Below are positions 23,617-33,428 of a stretch of 64,000 bases of DNA, in pieces. Source of the DNA: an uncultured Candidatus Saccharibacteria bacterium (GTDB lineage Bacteria > Patescibacteriota > Minisyncoccia > Phycocordibacterales > UBA1550). The stretch is from positions 50,300 to 114,299 of the forward strand of contig CAZXOE010000002.1 in the NCBI GenBank assembly GCA_964642305.1, written 5' to 3'. The translations under genes were made by a program, and so were the position numbers. The notes below the pieces were generated by a model. That model made no database searches. It worked only from the letters and a program-made list of their open reading frames with translations, and was not told the DNA's origin. Position 1 is the stretch's first letter. Each line of letters begins with the position of its first letter.

Positions 23617-26600
23617 ATGAAAAATATTTTCCATCGTTCCGCCGAGTTTATTGCAAAACACAAACACCATCACCATATCGCGCTCGCTACGCTCGCGCTC
23701 GTTATAGCAGGCGCAGGAGTGTACACATATCGGCACGAAATAGCGCAGGCGGCAACATATACTTTTACACAGTCCTCGTGGGCAGGCGGAGCTACTGCGA
23801 ACACCGCAGTGCACCCGACCAATCAATCAAGCTGGACGCAATATTCCGCAAATTCGGCAGATATAACTGCTGATGCAAGTAGTGTGAGACTAAACACGGT
23901 AAGCTACTCCTTTACAGATGACGGCACTAGCACTACCACCAGCCCAATAGCCACAGGTGGCGGTTTTTCAAGTGGTGCAAATTCCTCAACGGCGATTTCC
24001 GGTTCAGGCACAGGCGCGAGCGTGGGCTTGATGTTGAATGAATATGGCTGGGCAGTGGGAAATAGTGGAACCATACGAAAAACTGCCAACAGCGGGGAAA
24101 CTTGGTCTACCCAAACAAGTGGGACAACCAATGGTCTTAATAACCTCTACTTCATCGACTCCAATATCGGCTGGGCGGTGGGAGGTAGCGGAGTCATACG
24201 AAAAACCATAGACGGTGGTACAAACTGGCCTACCCAAACAAGCAGCGGGATAACCGCAAATGGTGTCCACTTCATCGACGCCAATACCGGCTGGGTGGTG
24301 GGAGGTGACGGAACTAATGGAATTATACGAAAAACCATCAACGGCGGAACAAGCTGGTCTACCCAACTAACGATAGGAGGCTATATGGATTTTTTCGATG
24401 TTCATTTCATTGACGCTAATACCGGATGGGCAGTGGGAAATCAAGCAACGATAAAAAAAACTATAGACGGTGGTACAACTTGGTCTACCCAAACAAGTGC
24501 GAGAAGTGCAGAACTTTACGCCGTCCACTTCATCGATACCAACACCGGCTGGGTGGTGGGAGCTTACGGAATACAAAAAACCATAGACGGTGGTACAACT
24601 TGGTCTACCCAAACAAGCGAGACACAATGGCTTCGCGGTGTCCACTTCATCGACGCCAATATCGGCTGGGCGGTGGGAGGTAGCGGAGTCATACGAAAAA
24701 CCATAGACGGTGGTACAAACTGGCCTACCCAAACAAGCGGGACAACCCAACAACTTAGAGGCGTCCACTTCACTGACGCCAATACCGGCTGGGCGGTAGG
24801 AGCAGCCGGCACCATACTCAAAACCACCAACGGCGGTACTACATGGACAGCTCAAACAAGCGGGACGACTCAGAATCTTAATAACCTCTACTTCGTATCT
24901 TATTATTCCAACCCCGGCACCTTCACTTCTGCAGATATTGACCTCGGGGCGAATGTTATCTTTAGTGGAAAAACATTAGATTGGACGGAAAGTTTGAACG
25001 GTGGCGATATTCAAATTCAAATGAGAAGCGCAACTACGCAAGGAGGGCTTTCTGGAGCGACATGGTACGGTCCGACTGGTACAGGGGATTATTATACAGC
25101 AAGTGGCGGTAGTAGTATAAACACTGTTCACAATGGTCATAGGTGGATTCAATACCGAGCAACTTTAACTACTCCTAATACAGCCCTTACCCCCACACTT
25201 GATTCTGTAACGATAAATTACACGCAATACGCAAGCGCGGGCGATTTAACTTCTTCTAAATATGATGTCGGGTCAGATACTCTTATTTCTAGACTTAGCT
25301 GGGTTGCGTCTACTACAACCACAGAAACTGTCGCTTTCCAGGTGCAGTCCTCACCGGACAACTCCACATGGACAGGTTGGTGCGGATTTAGCGAGACAGG
25401 CCCAACGTGCGATGGGTCAAACTATTTCACAGACGCGCACAATGGCGTAGCACTTGGCACTAGTCACCCGCTTCGTTCAGGCACTGGAGCAGGTGCTGAC
25501 AGATATTTCCAATATAAAGTATTCCTTGTTTCAGGCGGAGCTGTGACGCCAGAGCTAACATCTGTTACGGTGCAATATGTGATTAACGCGCCACCGGATG
25601 TTCAAAATGTCACTGCTGTGCAAAATGCAGATGGGACTGTGACGGTGAATTTTGATATGCGTGATACCGACACCAATGATGCTGGTGCCGCCACTCCAGG
25701 AAAAGTTATTTCTACACTGCAGTACAATAATGCGGCATGTGGTGCTGGACCTTCATGGGCTGATGCGGCCGCGGTTACTGGAGCTGTCGGCGCGAATACA
25801 ACCATTACTGCCACGTATCCAACAAGCGCGAGCTCCACTATTACATGGACTCCTTCTACCGACTGGTCGGATAAGTACTGCGCAACACAGCAAGTTCGTA
25901 TAAAATTGAATGACTCTGAGGGTGCAAATAATCTTGGGTATAGCACCGCGGCATCGTTTTTGCTCGATACCACAGCGCCTGTTGTAGCGTCAACCGGCGG
26001 TTTCCTTGTGGATTCCTCTGTAGGAGGAGCTGGACTTGCGGGCATAAAACTTACCGCAACAGATGACAGCACTATGCAGTATAGACTTTGCAATAATTCA
26101 GACTTTACAGCAGACGGATTGAACTCGGGTGCTGGTGCCTGCACAGAATGGAGCTCTGCTTCTGCGTCCGTTGACCTTACTACATCAGCAAATTCGTGGA
26201 ACACAGCTCTAGGCGCGGATGGAACAGAAACTGTATATATGCAAGTGCGTGATTTGTATGGCAACGTGACATCTAGGACAGCTAGCGCGCCAACGGTACC
26301 ACCATCGTTTATTGCAACTGACACAACAAACCTCAACAGCGACACGTACAGAGAGTTTTTGAGCTGGGGAAAAGCTTCATCAACTACATTTGGATCATAT
26401 AAGGTCTATTACAACACCACAGGCTCTGGTGCTAGCTATTCATTGCTTGGCACAGTTACAGATGTAAACCAAAATTACTATACACACACGATAACAACAG
26501 CAACAAGCTCAACACACTACTACAAGATGGTTACTGTTAGCGCGAACGGCGATATTTCAGAATTTACATCCGTAAAATCAGATGTCCCTGACGGCTCGGG

Positions 26601-29025
26601 AAGCACTGATGTTACGGCGCCGTATATACCATACGCCGGCATCGCGGTGTCGTCTGTGAGAAACACGTCTGCAAACATAACATTTAGCACGTATACAGAT
26701 GTTTCTTTGGCAGAAGGCGAGCTCGCAACCTCTACTGTGCGATACGCGAGCTATACTGGGAATGCGCCAACATCCTGCCCAACCACGTCTTCAACAAACT
26801 CAAACACATATGTTGTGAACCACAGCGTATATCTTACAGATCTAACTCCTTCTACCAGCTATGTGTTCTGTGTTCTTGCAAAAGATATTTCTGGGAATGT
26901 GAGTACGGCATCATATGTGGCGGAGTCTGGCGGAACATTTACAACCATAGGTGGCCCAAGAATAACAGGAGTGACACAAAGAGAAATTACAGACACATCC
27001 GCAACTATTTTCTGGAACACAGACACAAGCTCTGATTCAAAGGTGTATTTTTCAACTAGCGCGGGTGGCGTAAACGGAGCGACCCCAGTTACGGGAGCCG
27101 TTGTTACCACGTCTGGAACAAACGAAAATGGCACATTTTATCAGCATCAAATAGGGCTCACTGGTTTGACTCCCGGCCTAACATATTATTACAAGGTTTC
27201 CTCAACAGACGCTCTAGACTCAGAGTTGGTAGCAATAGATGACAATACTGGGCAATATTACAGTTTTGTAACCTTGAAGGACACAACCCCACCAATCATT
27301 ATGGGTACTTCTACGCCAGTGCTAGCGCCAACTGCCGCTGTTATTGTGTGGCAGACGGACGAAATGGCAGACTCGCAAGTATTTTATGATACCGTGTCGC
27401 ACGGAACAGACACATCCCTTTATCCAAAATACACAGCGACACAAAGCTACCCTACAAGCGTAAAGTCTATTTACCATGTAATGACACTGTCCTCAGACAC
27501 AGCAAATTCTGGAAGTGGTGGTGGAACGAACGCTCTTATAAAGGAGACACAGTATTACTATGTTGTGAAATCAACCGATTCAGCTGGCAACTCTTCTGTT
27601 TCGACGGGGACATTTACGACACCTGCAGACGGTAACGTTACTATTACTGTAGTGAGAGTAACCCAAGCATCAGAGGGTACACCACCAGACACAGCAGGCC
27701 CTGTTTTGTCTAGTGTGAAGGTCAGTGATATTACTCCGTTTGGAGCTACAGTTTCGTTTGATACGAATGAGGATGCTGTAAGTTTTGTTGAATACGGCAA
27801 AAGCGCGTCATTTGGCGATAGCGCTGGTAGCAAGACGTGGAGTAAAACACACTCCATAAAACTTCGCGGGTTAACTCTTGGCACTGAGTACTATATAAAA
27901 GTTTCTGCTGTAGATAAAGCAGGGAACACGGGTACAGGAGGTGAACAAACATTCAAAACATCGTTCCTTTCGGAGGATTTGAAAGACCTCACGAAGATAG
28001 AAAATATTGAGCAATTCCAAAAGGAGATTGAGGCAACGATTGAGTCAATCCTCCCGTCGCTCGTGCCTCCATTTATCACAAAGCCAGTCATTAGTGATAT
28101 CACAGAAGGTAGTGCAAAGATTTCATTTAGAACAAACATAAAAGCATTTCCAGTGGTTGTGTTTGCAGAGGATGGCGTATACGATGAAACAAAAGAAAAT
28201 CCGTATACAGGAGAGATGTCAGACACAACAGAAAAAGCTACGAGCCACGAGCTCGCCCTCACTGGTCTCAAGGGTAACACAAAGTATCATATTCAGGCGC
28301 GAGGGTTCTCTCTACCAAAGGTAATTGGCAAGTCAGCAGACGTGACATTTATCACAAAGGCGTCAAAGATTGCGGGTTCTATCGTGGAGCGCAAAAAAGA
28401 TTCGTTTACAGTGGTATGGACCACGGAACAGCCAACGTCATCAATTGTTGAGTTTAAAGATTTGAAGCGTGGCATAACAGGTCGTAAGACAGATGATGCA
28501 AAAAAGAAATCTCACTCTATGAAGATTGAAAACCTTCCTTCTGGAACTGCGTATGAAGTAAATCTTTCTGGAGTGACGGAGCAGGGGAATGTCGCAGAGG
28601 CTGGGTCGCCAATTTCTGTAACAACATCAACAGATACCACACCGCCAGTTATTTCAGGATTTAAAGTGGACAATGCTCTTGTTCCAGGCAGAACAGACAG
28701 AATCCAGACTATTGTGTCGTGGGTTACTGATGAGCCTTCAGACTCTACAGTTTACTATCAAGAAGGCGCTGGTACTCCGGGCGATACAGAGGAGCTTGCA
28801 AACAAAAATGAAGTGTTAGATTCGTATATTACGAACCACAGCGTTATTCTTCCAAGCTTGAAGCCAGGCACTATTTACCGATTAAAGGTTACATCAAGCG
28901 ATGACTCTGGAAACCTTGGTTCATTTGGCCCTCGCACAGTCATTACTCCAAAGCAGACTGAGTCCATCACCGATATCATTTTCAAGAACTTTGAAGACAG
29001 CTTCAAGTTCCTCCAGAAGATATAA
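23617..29025 (+). CDS. giant (1802 aa) membrane-anchored cell-surface protein: N-terminal TM, ~8 BNR/Ycf48-like beta-propeller blades, multiple FN3-like domains
   Basis: Repeated GW(A/V)VG..G.I.KT.DGGT.W..QTSGTT..L..VHF.D.N.GW blades. Later recurring ...YYYKVS..D..GN / TEYYIKVSAVDKAGN FN3-like beta-sandwich signatures. Confidence 0.65.
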   Translation: MKNIFHRSAEFIAKHKHHHHIALATLALVIAGAGVYTYRHEIAQAATYTFTQSSWAGGATANTAVHPTNQSSWTQYSANSADITADASSVRLNTVSYSFTDDGTSTTTSPIATGGGFSSGANSSTAISGSGTGASVGLMLNEYGWAVGNSGTIRKTANSGETWSTQTSGTTNGLNNLYFIDSNIGWAVGGSGVIRKTIDGGTNWPTQTSSGITANGVHFIDANTGWVVGGDGTNGIIRKTINGGTSWSTQLTIGGYMDFFDVHFIDANTGWAVGNQATIKKTIDGGTTWSTQTSARSAELYAVHFIDTNTGWVVGAYGIQKTIDGGTTWSTQTSETQWLRGVHFIDANIGWAVGGSGVIRKTIDGGTNWPTQTSGTTQQLRGVHFTDANTGWAVGAAGTILKTTNGGTTWTAQTSGTTQNLNNLYFVSYYSNPGTFTSADIDLGANVIFSGKTLDWTESLNGGDIQIQMRSATTQGGLSGATWYGPTGTGDYYTASGGSSINTVHNGHRWIQYRATLTTPNTALTPTLDSVTINYTQYASAGDLTSSKYDVGSDTLISRLSWVASTTTTETVAFQVQSSPDNSTWTGWCGFSETGPTCDGSNYFTDAHNGVALGTSHPLRSGTGAGADRYFQYKVFLVSGGAVTPELTSVTVQYVINAPPDVQNVTAVQNADGTVTVNFDMRDTDTNDAGAATPGKVISTLQYNNAACGAGPSWADAAAVTGAVGANTTITATYPTSASSTITWTPSTDWSDKYCATQQVRIKLNDSEGANNLGYSTAASFLLDTTAPVVASTGGFLVDSSVGGAGLAGIKLTATDDSTMQYRLCNNSDFTADGLNSGAGACTEWSSASASVDLTTSANSWNTALGADGTETVYMQVRDLYGNVTSRTASAPTVPPSFIATDTTNLNSDTYREFLSWGKASSTTFGSYKVYYNTTGSGASYSLLGTVTDVNQNYYTHTITTATSSTHYYKMVTVSANGDISEFTSVKSDVPDGSGSTDVTAPYIPYAGIAVSSVRNTSANITFSTYTDVSLAEGELATSTVRYASYTGNAPTSCPTTSSTNSNTYVVNHSVYLTDLTPSTSYVFCVLAKDISGNVSTASYVAESGGTFTTIGGPRITGVTQREITDTSATIFWNTDTSSDSKVYFSTSAGGVNGATPVTGAVVTTSGTNENGTFYQHQIGLTGLTPGLTYYYKVSSTDALDSELVAIDDNTGQYYSFVTLKDTTPPIIMGTSTPVLAPTAAVIVWQTDEMADSQVFYDTVSHGTDTSLYPKYTATQSYPTSVKSIYHVMTLSSDTANSGSGGGTNALIKETQYYYVVKSTDSAGNSSVSTGTFTTPADGNVTITVVRVTQASEGTPPDTAGPVLSSVKVSDITPFGATVSFDTNEDAVSFVEYGKSASFGDSAGSKTWSKTHSIKLRGLTLGTEYYIKVSAVDKAGNTGTGGEQTFKTSFLSEDLKDLTKIENIEQFQKEIEATIESILPSLVPPFITKPVISDITEGSAKISFRTNIKAFPVVVFAEDGVYDETKENPYTGEMSDTTEKATSHELALTGLKGNTKYHIQARGFSLPKVIGKSADVTFITKASKIAGSIVERKKDSFTVVWTTEQPTSSIVEFKDLKRGITGRKTDDAKKKSHSMKIENLPSGTAYEVNLSGVTEQGNVAEAGSPISVTTSTDTTPPVISGFKVDNALVPGRTDRIQTIVSWVTDEPSDSTVYYQEGAGTPGDTEELANKNEVLDSYITNHSVILPSLKPGTIYRLKVTSSDDSGNLGSFGPRTVITPKQTESITDIIFKNFEDSFKFLQKI
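24040..24870 (+). repeat. near-identical ~120-135-bp nucleotide repeats encoding the propeller blades
   Basis: Strings such as ccatagacggtggtacaacttggtctacccaaacaagc recur several times; this is the source of many spurious antisense ORFs. Confidence 0.7.
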
Positions 29026-29035
29026 AGAGGGGATA

Positions 29036-29096
29036 AAAATTCCCCGATACAAAAAAGCATCCGTAAGGATGCTTTTTTGTATCGGGGAATTTTCTT
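29036..29096 (+). terminator. long-stem intrinsic terminator after the giant gene
   Basis: ccccgatacaaaaaagcatcc-gtaa-ggatgcttttttgtatcgggg (21-bp stem) with flanking A/T runs. Confidence 0.7.
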
Positions 29097-29116
29097 CTTT
29101 ATATGTGAGCGTTTTT

Positions 29117-29185
29117 GGCGTTTCCTATTCTGTCTGTCCTATTACCTATTTACATCTATAGATGTAAATAGGTAATAGGACAGGA
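29117..29185. repeat. palindrome containing CCTATTTACATCTATAGATGTAAATAGG
   Basis: Imperfect ~69-bp palindrome whose 28-bp core recurs at 29779-29808. Confidence 0.6.
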
Positions 29186-29199
29186 AACGCTGGAAGTCT

Positions 29200-29763
29200 T
29201 TAAAGATTAAAATATTTTCGTACCCGAGACTCGTTTTCTATATCGCTAGCAGTAATAAGAAAAATATGTTCTCTCACATTAAAACAATCCCCTAAAAAAT
29301 CAACTTCTTTTTTGCATTCGAACGGTGTTATGAAAACAGATTTTTGGTATGGGTAGCAATTTGCTTTTTTTAACAGTTTATTTAATGCTTGCCTTGAGAA
29401 CTTCTTTTCTTCTGGTATATCAAACATTATTATTCGCCATTTTTTGTCCCACTTTTCGTGTTTATCAGACCTGTCTAATTTTAGATTATTTAGTCGAGCT
29501 TCTTTCCTGCCTTTGTCAGTAAGCGCAACATAAATCTCACCTCCACGATTCTCCATTTTTATTAAACCTTTATTTTTTAAACTTCCTGCTGAGCGTCTTA
29601 TTTTTAGTTTTATTTTCCCATCTTCAATATCAATATATTTGAGCAACTGCGCCAGGTTTGGAAGCGCGAGAATCATAACAAAAGCCCCAGTCGTTAGCAG
29701 AGAGGTTAGGATAATTTTTGAAATCTCACCTTTATCGTATTTTTGTGTATGGCTATTATTCAC
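29200..29763 (-). CDS. PaaX-like protein (winged-helix N-terminus, Cas2-fold C-terminal domain), N-terminal TM
   Basis: KWDKKWRIIMFDIPEEKK...QKSVFITP matches the PaaX C-domain / Cas2-like fold pattern (W.G.W..V.FDIPE....R.....L...G....SV). No cas genes or array nearby. Confidence 0.4.
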   Translation of the reverse strand: MNNSHTQKYDKGEISKIILTSLLTTGAFVMILALPNLAQLLKYIDIEDGKIKLKIRRSAGSLKNKGLIKMENRGGEIYVALTDKGRKEARLNNLKLDRSDKHEKWDKKWRIIMFDIPEEKKFSRQALNKLLKKANCYPYQKSVFITPFECKKEVDFLGDCFNVREHIFLITASDIENESRVRKYFNL

Positions 29764-29778
29764 TGTTAAAAGTATACC

Positions 29779-29808
29779 TATTTACATCTATAGATGTAAA
29801 TAGGTATA
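29779..29808. repeat. 28-bp perfect palindrome CCTATTTACATCTATAGATGTAAATAGG (second copy)
   Basis: Identical core to 29140-29170. The pair brackets the PaaX-like gene. Confidence 0.6.
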
Positions 29809-29933
29809 TGCGAAAAATGCGAGGGTCAACGAGTACACATAATTATACGATGCATGTAATAAGAGATGACCCAAAACCACGCCTTAAGACGGGGTTTTGG
29901 TTAGCCTTCGGCTTTGTGGTATTCTGAAAGAAT

Positions 29934-32900
29934 ATGACAGAATCTGAAAAGAAACTCTCTGATATTGCAAAACGCGAGGAGGAAACTCTTGCGAGCTGGC
30001 AGTCTGCTGATATTTTTGAAAAGACGCTTGAGCAAACTAAAAATGGTGAAAGTTTTGTTTTCTATGACGGGCCTCCATTCGCGACTGGCCTTCCGCACTA
30101 CGGACACATACTTGCAAGCACAATCAAGGATGCGATACCTCGCTATCAAACCATGCGTGGGCGATACGTTCGCCGTGTATGGGGTTGGGACTGCCACGGT
30201 CTTCCAATTGAAAACCTAATAGAAAAGGAGCTTGGGCTTGAACACAAAAAAGATATTGAGGAATATGGTGTAGAAAAATTTAACGAGGCGTCACGCGCTT
30301 CGGTGTATCGCTATGATGCAGAATGGAAAAAGTTTATTCCGCGAATCGGGCGATTCGTTGATATGGATCACTCATATAGCACGATGGATGCAGGCTACAC
30401 CGAAAGCGTATGGTGGGCTTTTAAGGAGCTTTTTAAAAAAGGTCTCGTGTATCAGGGTTTTAAGCCGATGCATATTTGTCCGAGGTGCGAGACAACACTT
30501 TCAAACAATGAAGTAACGAGTAACTATAAAGACATAACCGATATTTCAGTCACGGCAAAATTTGAGCTTGTTAAAGAGCCGGACACATACATTCTCGCGT
30601 GGACTACGACACCTTGGACTCTCCCAGGAAATGTGGCACTCGCAGTTTCTCCAGACTCTGAGTATGTGAAAGTAGCAATAGGGGACGAGAAATATATTTT
30701 GGCTGGAGAACGCGCTGAGGCAGCTCTTTCTGGGAAAGAGTACACAATAGTTTCGCGAATGAAAGGTTCTGAACTTGTTGGCGCAGAGTACAAACCAATT
30801 TTTGATTATTACTCAGAACAGGGAACGCTGGACAATCGCGAAAATGGATGGAAAGTGTACGGAGCAGAATTTGTAACAATGGAGAGCGGTACTGGAGTGG
30901 TGCACATCGCGCCAGCCTTTGGCGAGGACGATATGAATCTCGGCACAAAAGAAAATTTGCCGTTTATACAACATGTTGCAATGGATGGCACAATGAAAAA
31001 AGAAGTTCGGGATTTTACCGGTGTTTCTGTGAAGCCAAAGTCTGACGAAAAGGATGGACATCAAGCGACGGATATTTTAATTATTAAACACCTTGCAGGC
31101 GCTGGCGCGCTTTTTTCAAAAGAAAAAATTATTCACGCGTACCCGCATTGTTGGCGTTGCGAGACACCGCTTTTAAACTACGCGGCTCAATCGTGGTTTG
31201 TGAAAGTACCTGAACTAAAAGATAAACTTCTTGCAGAGAACGCAAAAACATCTTGGGTGCCAAAAAATATGCGCGACGGGCGTTTTGGAAAGTGGCTGGA
31301 AGGCGCGCGCGATTGGGCAATCTCGCGCTCGCGATATTGGGGAGCGCCAATTCCAGTGTGGGAATGTGAAAAATGTGAGGCGAGGGAAGTGTTTGGCTCT
31401 CGTGCGGAGCTTTCTCTGCGTGTGAAAAAATCCGGCAACAAATATATTGTAATGCGTCACGGCGAGGCAGAAAGCAATGTTAAGAGAGTTGTGAGTTCAA
31501 AAACAGACGGAAGCTCAGCGTACGGACTTACAGCAAACGGGCGCGCATTAGTAGAGGAGACTGGCAAGAAACTAAAAGAAAAAGGAATTGACATTATCAT
31601 CACGTCGCCTTTTGTGCGCACAAAGGAGACTGCGGAGATAGTCGCCGGAGCTATTGGTTTTGATACGCGAAAGATTATTGTTGATGAGCGCATCAAAGAA
31701 ATTGACACAGGGGTTTTTGACGGAAGATCAATTGACGAGTATCGCGGACACTTCGTTTCGATGGCGGAAAAATTCACAAAGAGACCCGAGGGAGGGGAGA
31801 ATTTGCTTGATGTGAAGCGTCGAGCCATGGCTCTTCTTGAAGATCTTGAAAAAGAGTACGCAGGCAAGACTATTCTTATTGTCACGCACGAATATCCTAT
31901 CTGGATGCTTATGACAGGAATAGAAGGAGCGAGCATTACGCGCGGAATAGAGATAAAAGACGGCAAAGAAGATTTTGTAGAGACCGGAGAAGTAAAAGAA
32001 ATACAGTACAGCCCATTCCCACACAATGCGGATTTTGAATTTGACCTGCACTTGCCGTACATAGACACTGTGGGTTTGTTGTGTAGTTGCGGTGGTAAAA
32101 TGAAGCGTGTCCCGTATGTTTTTGACTGCTGGTTTGAGTCTGGCTCAATGCCATACGCGCAGTTCCATTATCCGTTTGAAAACAAGGAACTTTTTGAAAA
32201 GAATTTTCCTGCGGATTTTATTGCTGAGGGTGTGGATCAAACACGTGGGTGGTTTTACTCCATGATGGTTCTTTCCGTTGCGCTCTTTGGTAAGGCTCCG
32301 TTTAAAAACGTAATAGTGAACGGAATGACGCTCGCGGAGGATGGGCAAAAGATGTCGAAGAGTCGCAAAAATTATCCCGACCCAGTGGATGTGATCAACA
32401 AATATGGCGCGGACGCTGTGCGTTATTATATGCTGTCGTCTCCGATAGTGCATGCGGAAGATCTTGCGTTTTCAGAAATGGGTGTAGATGAAGTTGTTAA
32501 AAAAAATATCGCTCGCCTTCTCAATGTGCTTTCCTTCTACAAGATGTATGGAGGAAGCGCTGCGCCTACCAAAGGGGAGAGTGAAAACCCTCTCGATCAA
32601 TGGATTCTCGCGCGTCTCGCAGAGCTTACGACAGAAATGACTAACGCTTTTGATAATTATGAACTTGATCGCGTGGTAAAACCTGTTGGACTTTTTATTG
32701 ATGATTTATCCACATGGTATATTCGTCGTTCACGAGAACGCTTTAAGTCAGATGAGACTGTGGATCGCGCGCATGCTATCGAAACGACACGCGTGGTACT
32801 TTTGGAGCTCTCAAAACTTATTGCGCCTGTGATGCCGTTTCTCGCGGAGCATATATATCAAAATGTCGGAGGTAACAAGGAAAGCGTGCATCTTGAAACT

Positions 32901-33425
32901 TGGTCGAAATCAAAAGAAGTAAACTCAGAAATTCTTGCAAGAATGGAAGAAGTTCGTCGAGTCGTCTCTGTTGCTCTTGAGGATCGCGCGAACGCCGGGT
33001 TGAAAGTTAGGCAACCACTTTCTTCGGTAACAATTCCATCTGTACTCAAAATTAATGTTTCTGATGAGGCGATCATCACCGATGAAATTAATGTGAAGCG
33101 TGTAATACGATCAGATGCTCATGATGCAAAAATTGAGATTGATAGAGAGATTACTCCAGAACTCAAAAAAGAAGGGCAGTTTCGTGATGTACTACGCACT
33201 GTACAAGAGTTACGCAAATCTGAGAATCTTAATCCTGCTGATAAAGTAGTGTTAAATGTGCATACTGATGATGATGGTAAAGAATTTCTGGAGTTATTTA
33301 AAGATGATTTAAAGAAGACCGCACTTTTGCTAGATATTCGTTTTACTAGTGATTTATTTGCGCAAGGGGGGAGCGCAAGCATTTCTTTTGATAAATTTTC
33401 TTTTGATTTTACTTTAGATAAATAA
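29934..33425 (+). CDS. ileS: isoleucyl-tRNA synthetase with an inserted histidine-phosphatase (PGAM-like) domain
   Basis: HIGH (PHYGH) and KMSKS present, plus the editing domain (WTTTPWTLPGN). A ~220-aa insert between VWECEKCE and HLPYID contains RHGEAESN...SPFVRTKETAEI. Confidence 0.9.
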   Translation: MTESEKKLSDIAKREEETLASWQSADIFEKTLEQTKNGESFVFYDGPPFATGLPHYGHILASTIKDAIPRYQTMRGRYVRRVWGWDCHGLPIENLIEKELGLEHKKDIEEYGVEKFNEASRASVYRYDAEWKKFIPRIGRFVDMDHSYSTMDAGYTESVWWAFKELFKKGLVYQGFKPMHICPRCETTLSNNEVTSNYKDITDISVTAKFELVKEPDTYILAWTTTPWTLPGNVALAVSPDSEYVKVAIGDEKYILAGERAEAALSGKEYTIVSRMKGSELVGAEYKPIFDYYSEQGTLDNRENGWKVYGAEFVTMESGTGVVHIAPAFGEDDMNLGTKENLPFIQHVAMDGTMKKEVRDFTGVSVKPKSDEKDGHQATDILIIKHLAGAGALFSKEKIIHAYPHCWRCETPLLNYAAQSWFVKVPELKDKLLAENAKTSWVPKNMRDGRFGKWLEGARDWAISRSRYWGAPIPVWECEKCEAREVFGSRAELSLRVKKSGNKYIVMRHGEAESNVKRVVSSKTDGSSAYGLTANGRALVEETGKKLKEKGIDIIITSPFVRTKETAEIVAGAIGFDTRKIIVDERIKEIDTGVFDGRSIDEYRGHFVSMAEKFTKRPEGGENLLDVKRRAMALLEDLEKEYAGKTILIVTHEYPIWMLMTGIEGASITRGIEIKDGKEDFVETGEVKEIQYSPFPHNADFEFDLHLPYIDTVGLLCSCGGKMKRVPYVFDCWFESGSMPYAQFHYPFENKELFEKNFPADFIAEGVDQTRGWFYSMMVLSVALFGKAPFKNVIVNGMTLAEDGQKMSKSRKNYPDPVDVINKYGADAVRYYMLSSPIVHAEDLAFSEMGVDEVVKKNIARLLNVLSFYKMYGGSAAPTKGESENPLDQWILARLAELTTEMTNAFDNYELDRVVKPVGLFIDDLSTWYIRRSRERFKSDETVDRAHAIETTRVVLLELSKLIAPVMPFLAEHIYQNVGGNKESVHLETWSKSKEVNSEILARMEEVRRVVSVALEDRANAGLKVRQPLSSVTIPSVLKINVSDEAIITDEINVKRVIRSDAHDAKIEIDREITPELKKEGQFRDVLRTVQELRKSENLNPADKVVLNVHTDDDGKEFLELFKDDLKKTALLLDIRFTSDLFAQGGSASISFDKFSFDFTLDK

Positions 33426-33428
33426 TTT

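Noticed and set aside
24004-26345. Long antisense ORFs inside the giant surface-protein gene (24004..24366, 24367..24855, 25602..26345, all minus) and similar ones inside ileS (31457..32068 -) and the 50870 gene (52468..53451 -)
   Set aside because: They lie wholly inside strongly supported plus-strand genes, have low-complexity or repeat-derived composition and no motifs. They are shadow ORFs generated by repetitive, GC-skewed coding sequence.
29200-29763. Calling the 187-aa protein Cas2 and the flanking palindromes a degenerate CRISPR
   Set aside because: The WDKKW...FDIPE...KSVF pattern fits the PaaX C-terminal (Cas2-fold) family equally well, the N-terminal half is wHTH-like, and there are no cas genes and no spacer-repeat array. 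The palindromes are a pair, not an array.
31381-32049. Intein within ileS
   Set aside because: No Cys/Ser-first and His-Asn-last splice junctions and no LAGLIDADG or HNH blocks. The segment is a histidine-phosphatase fold domain (RHG motif).
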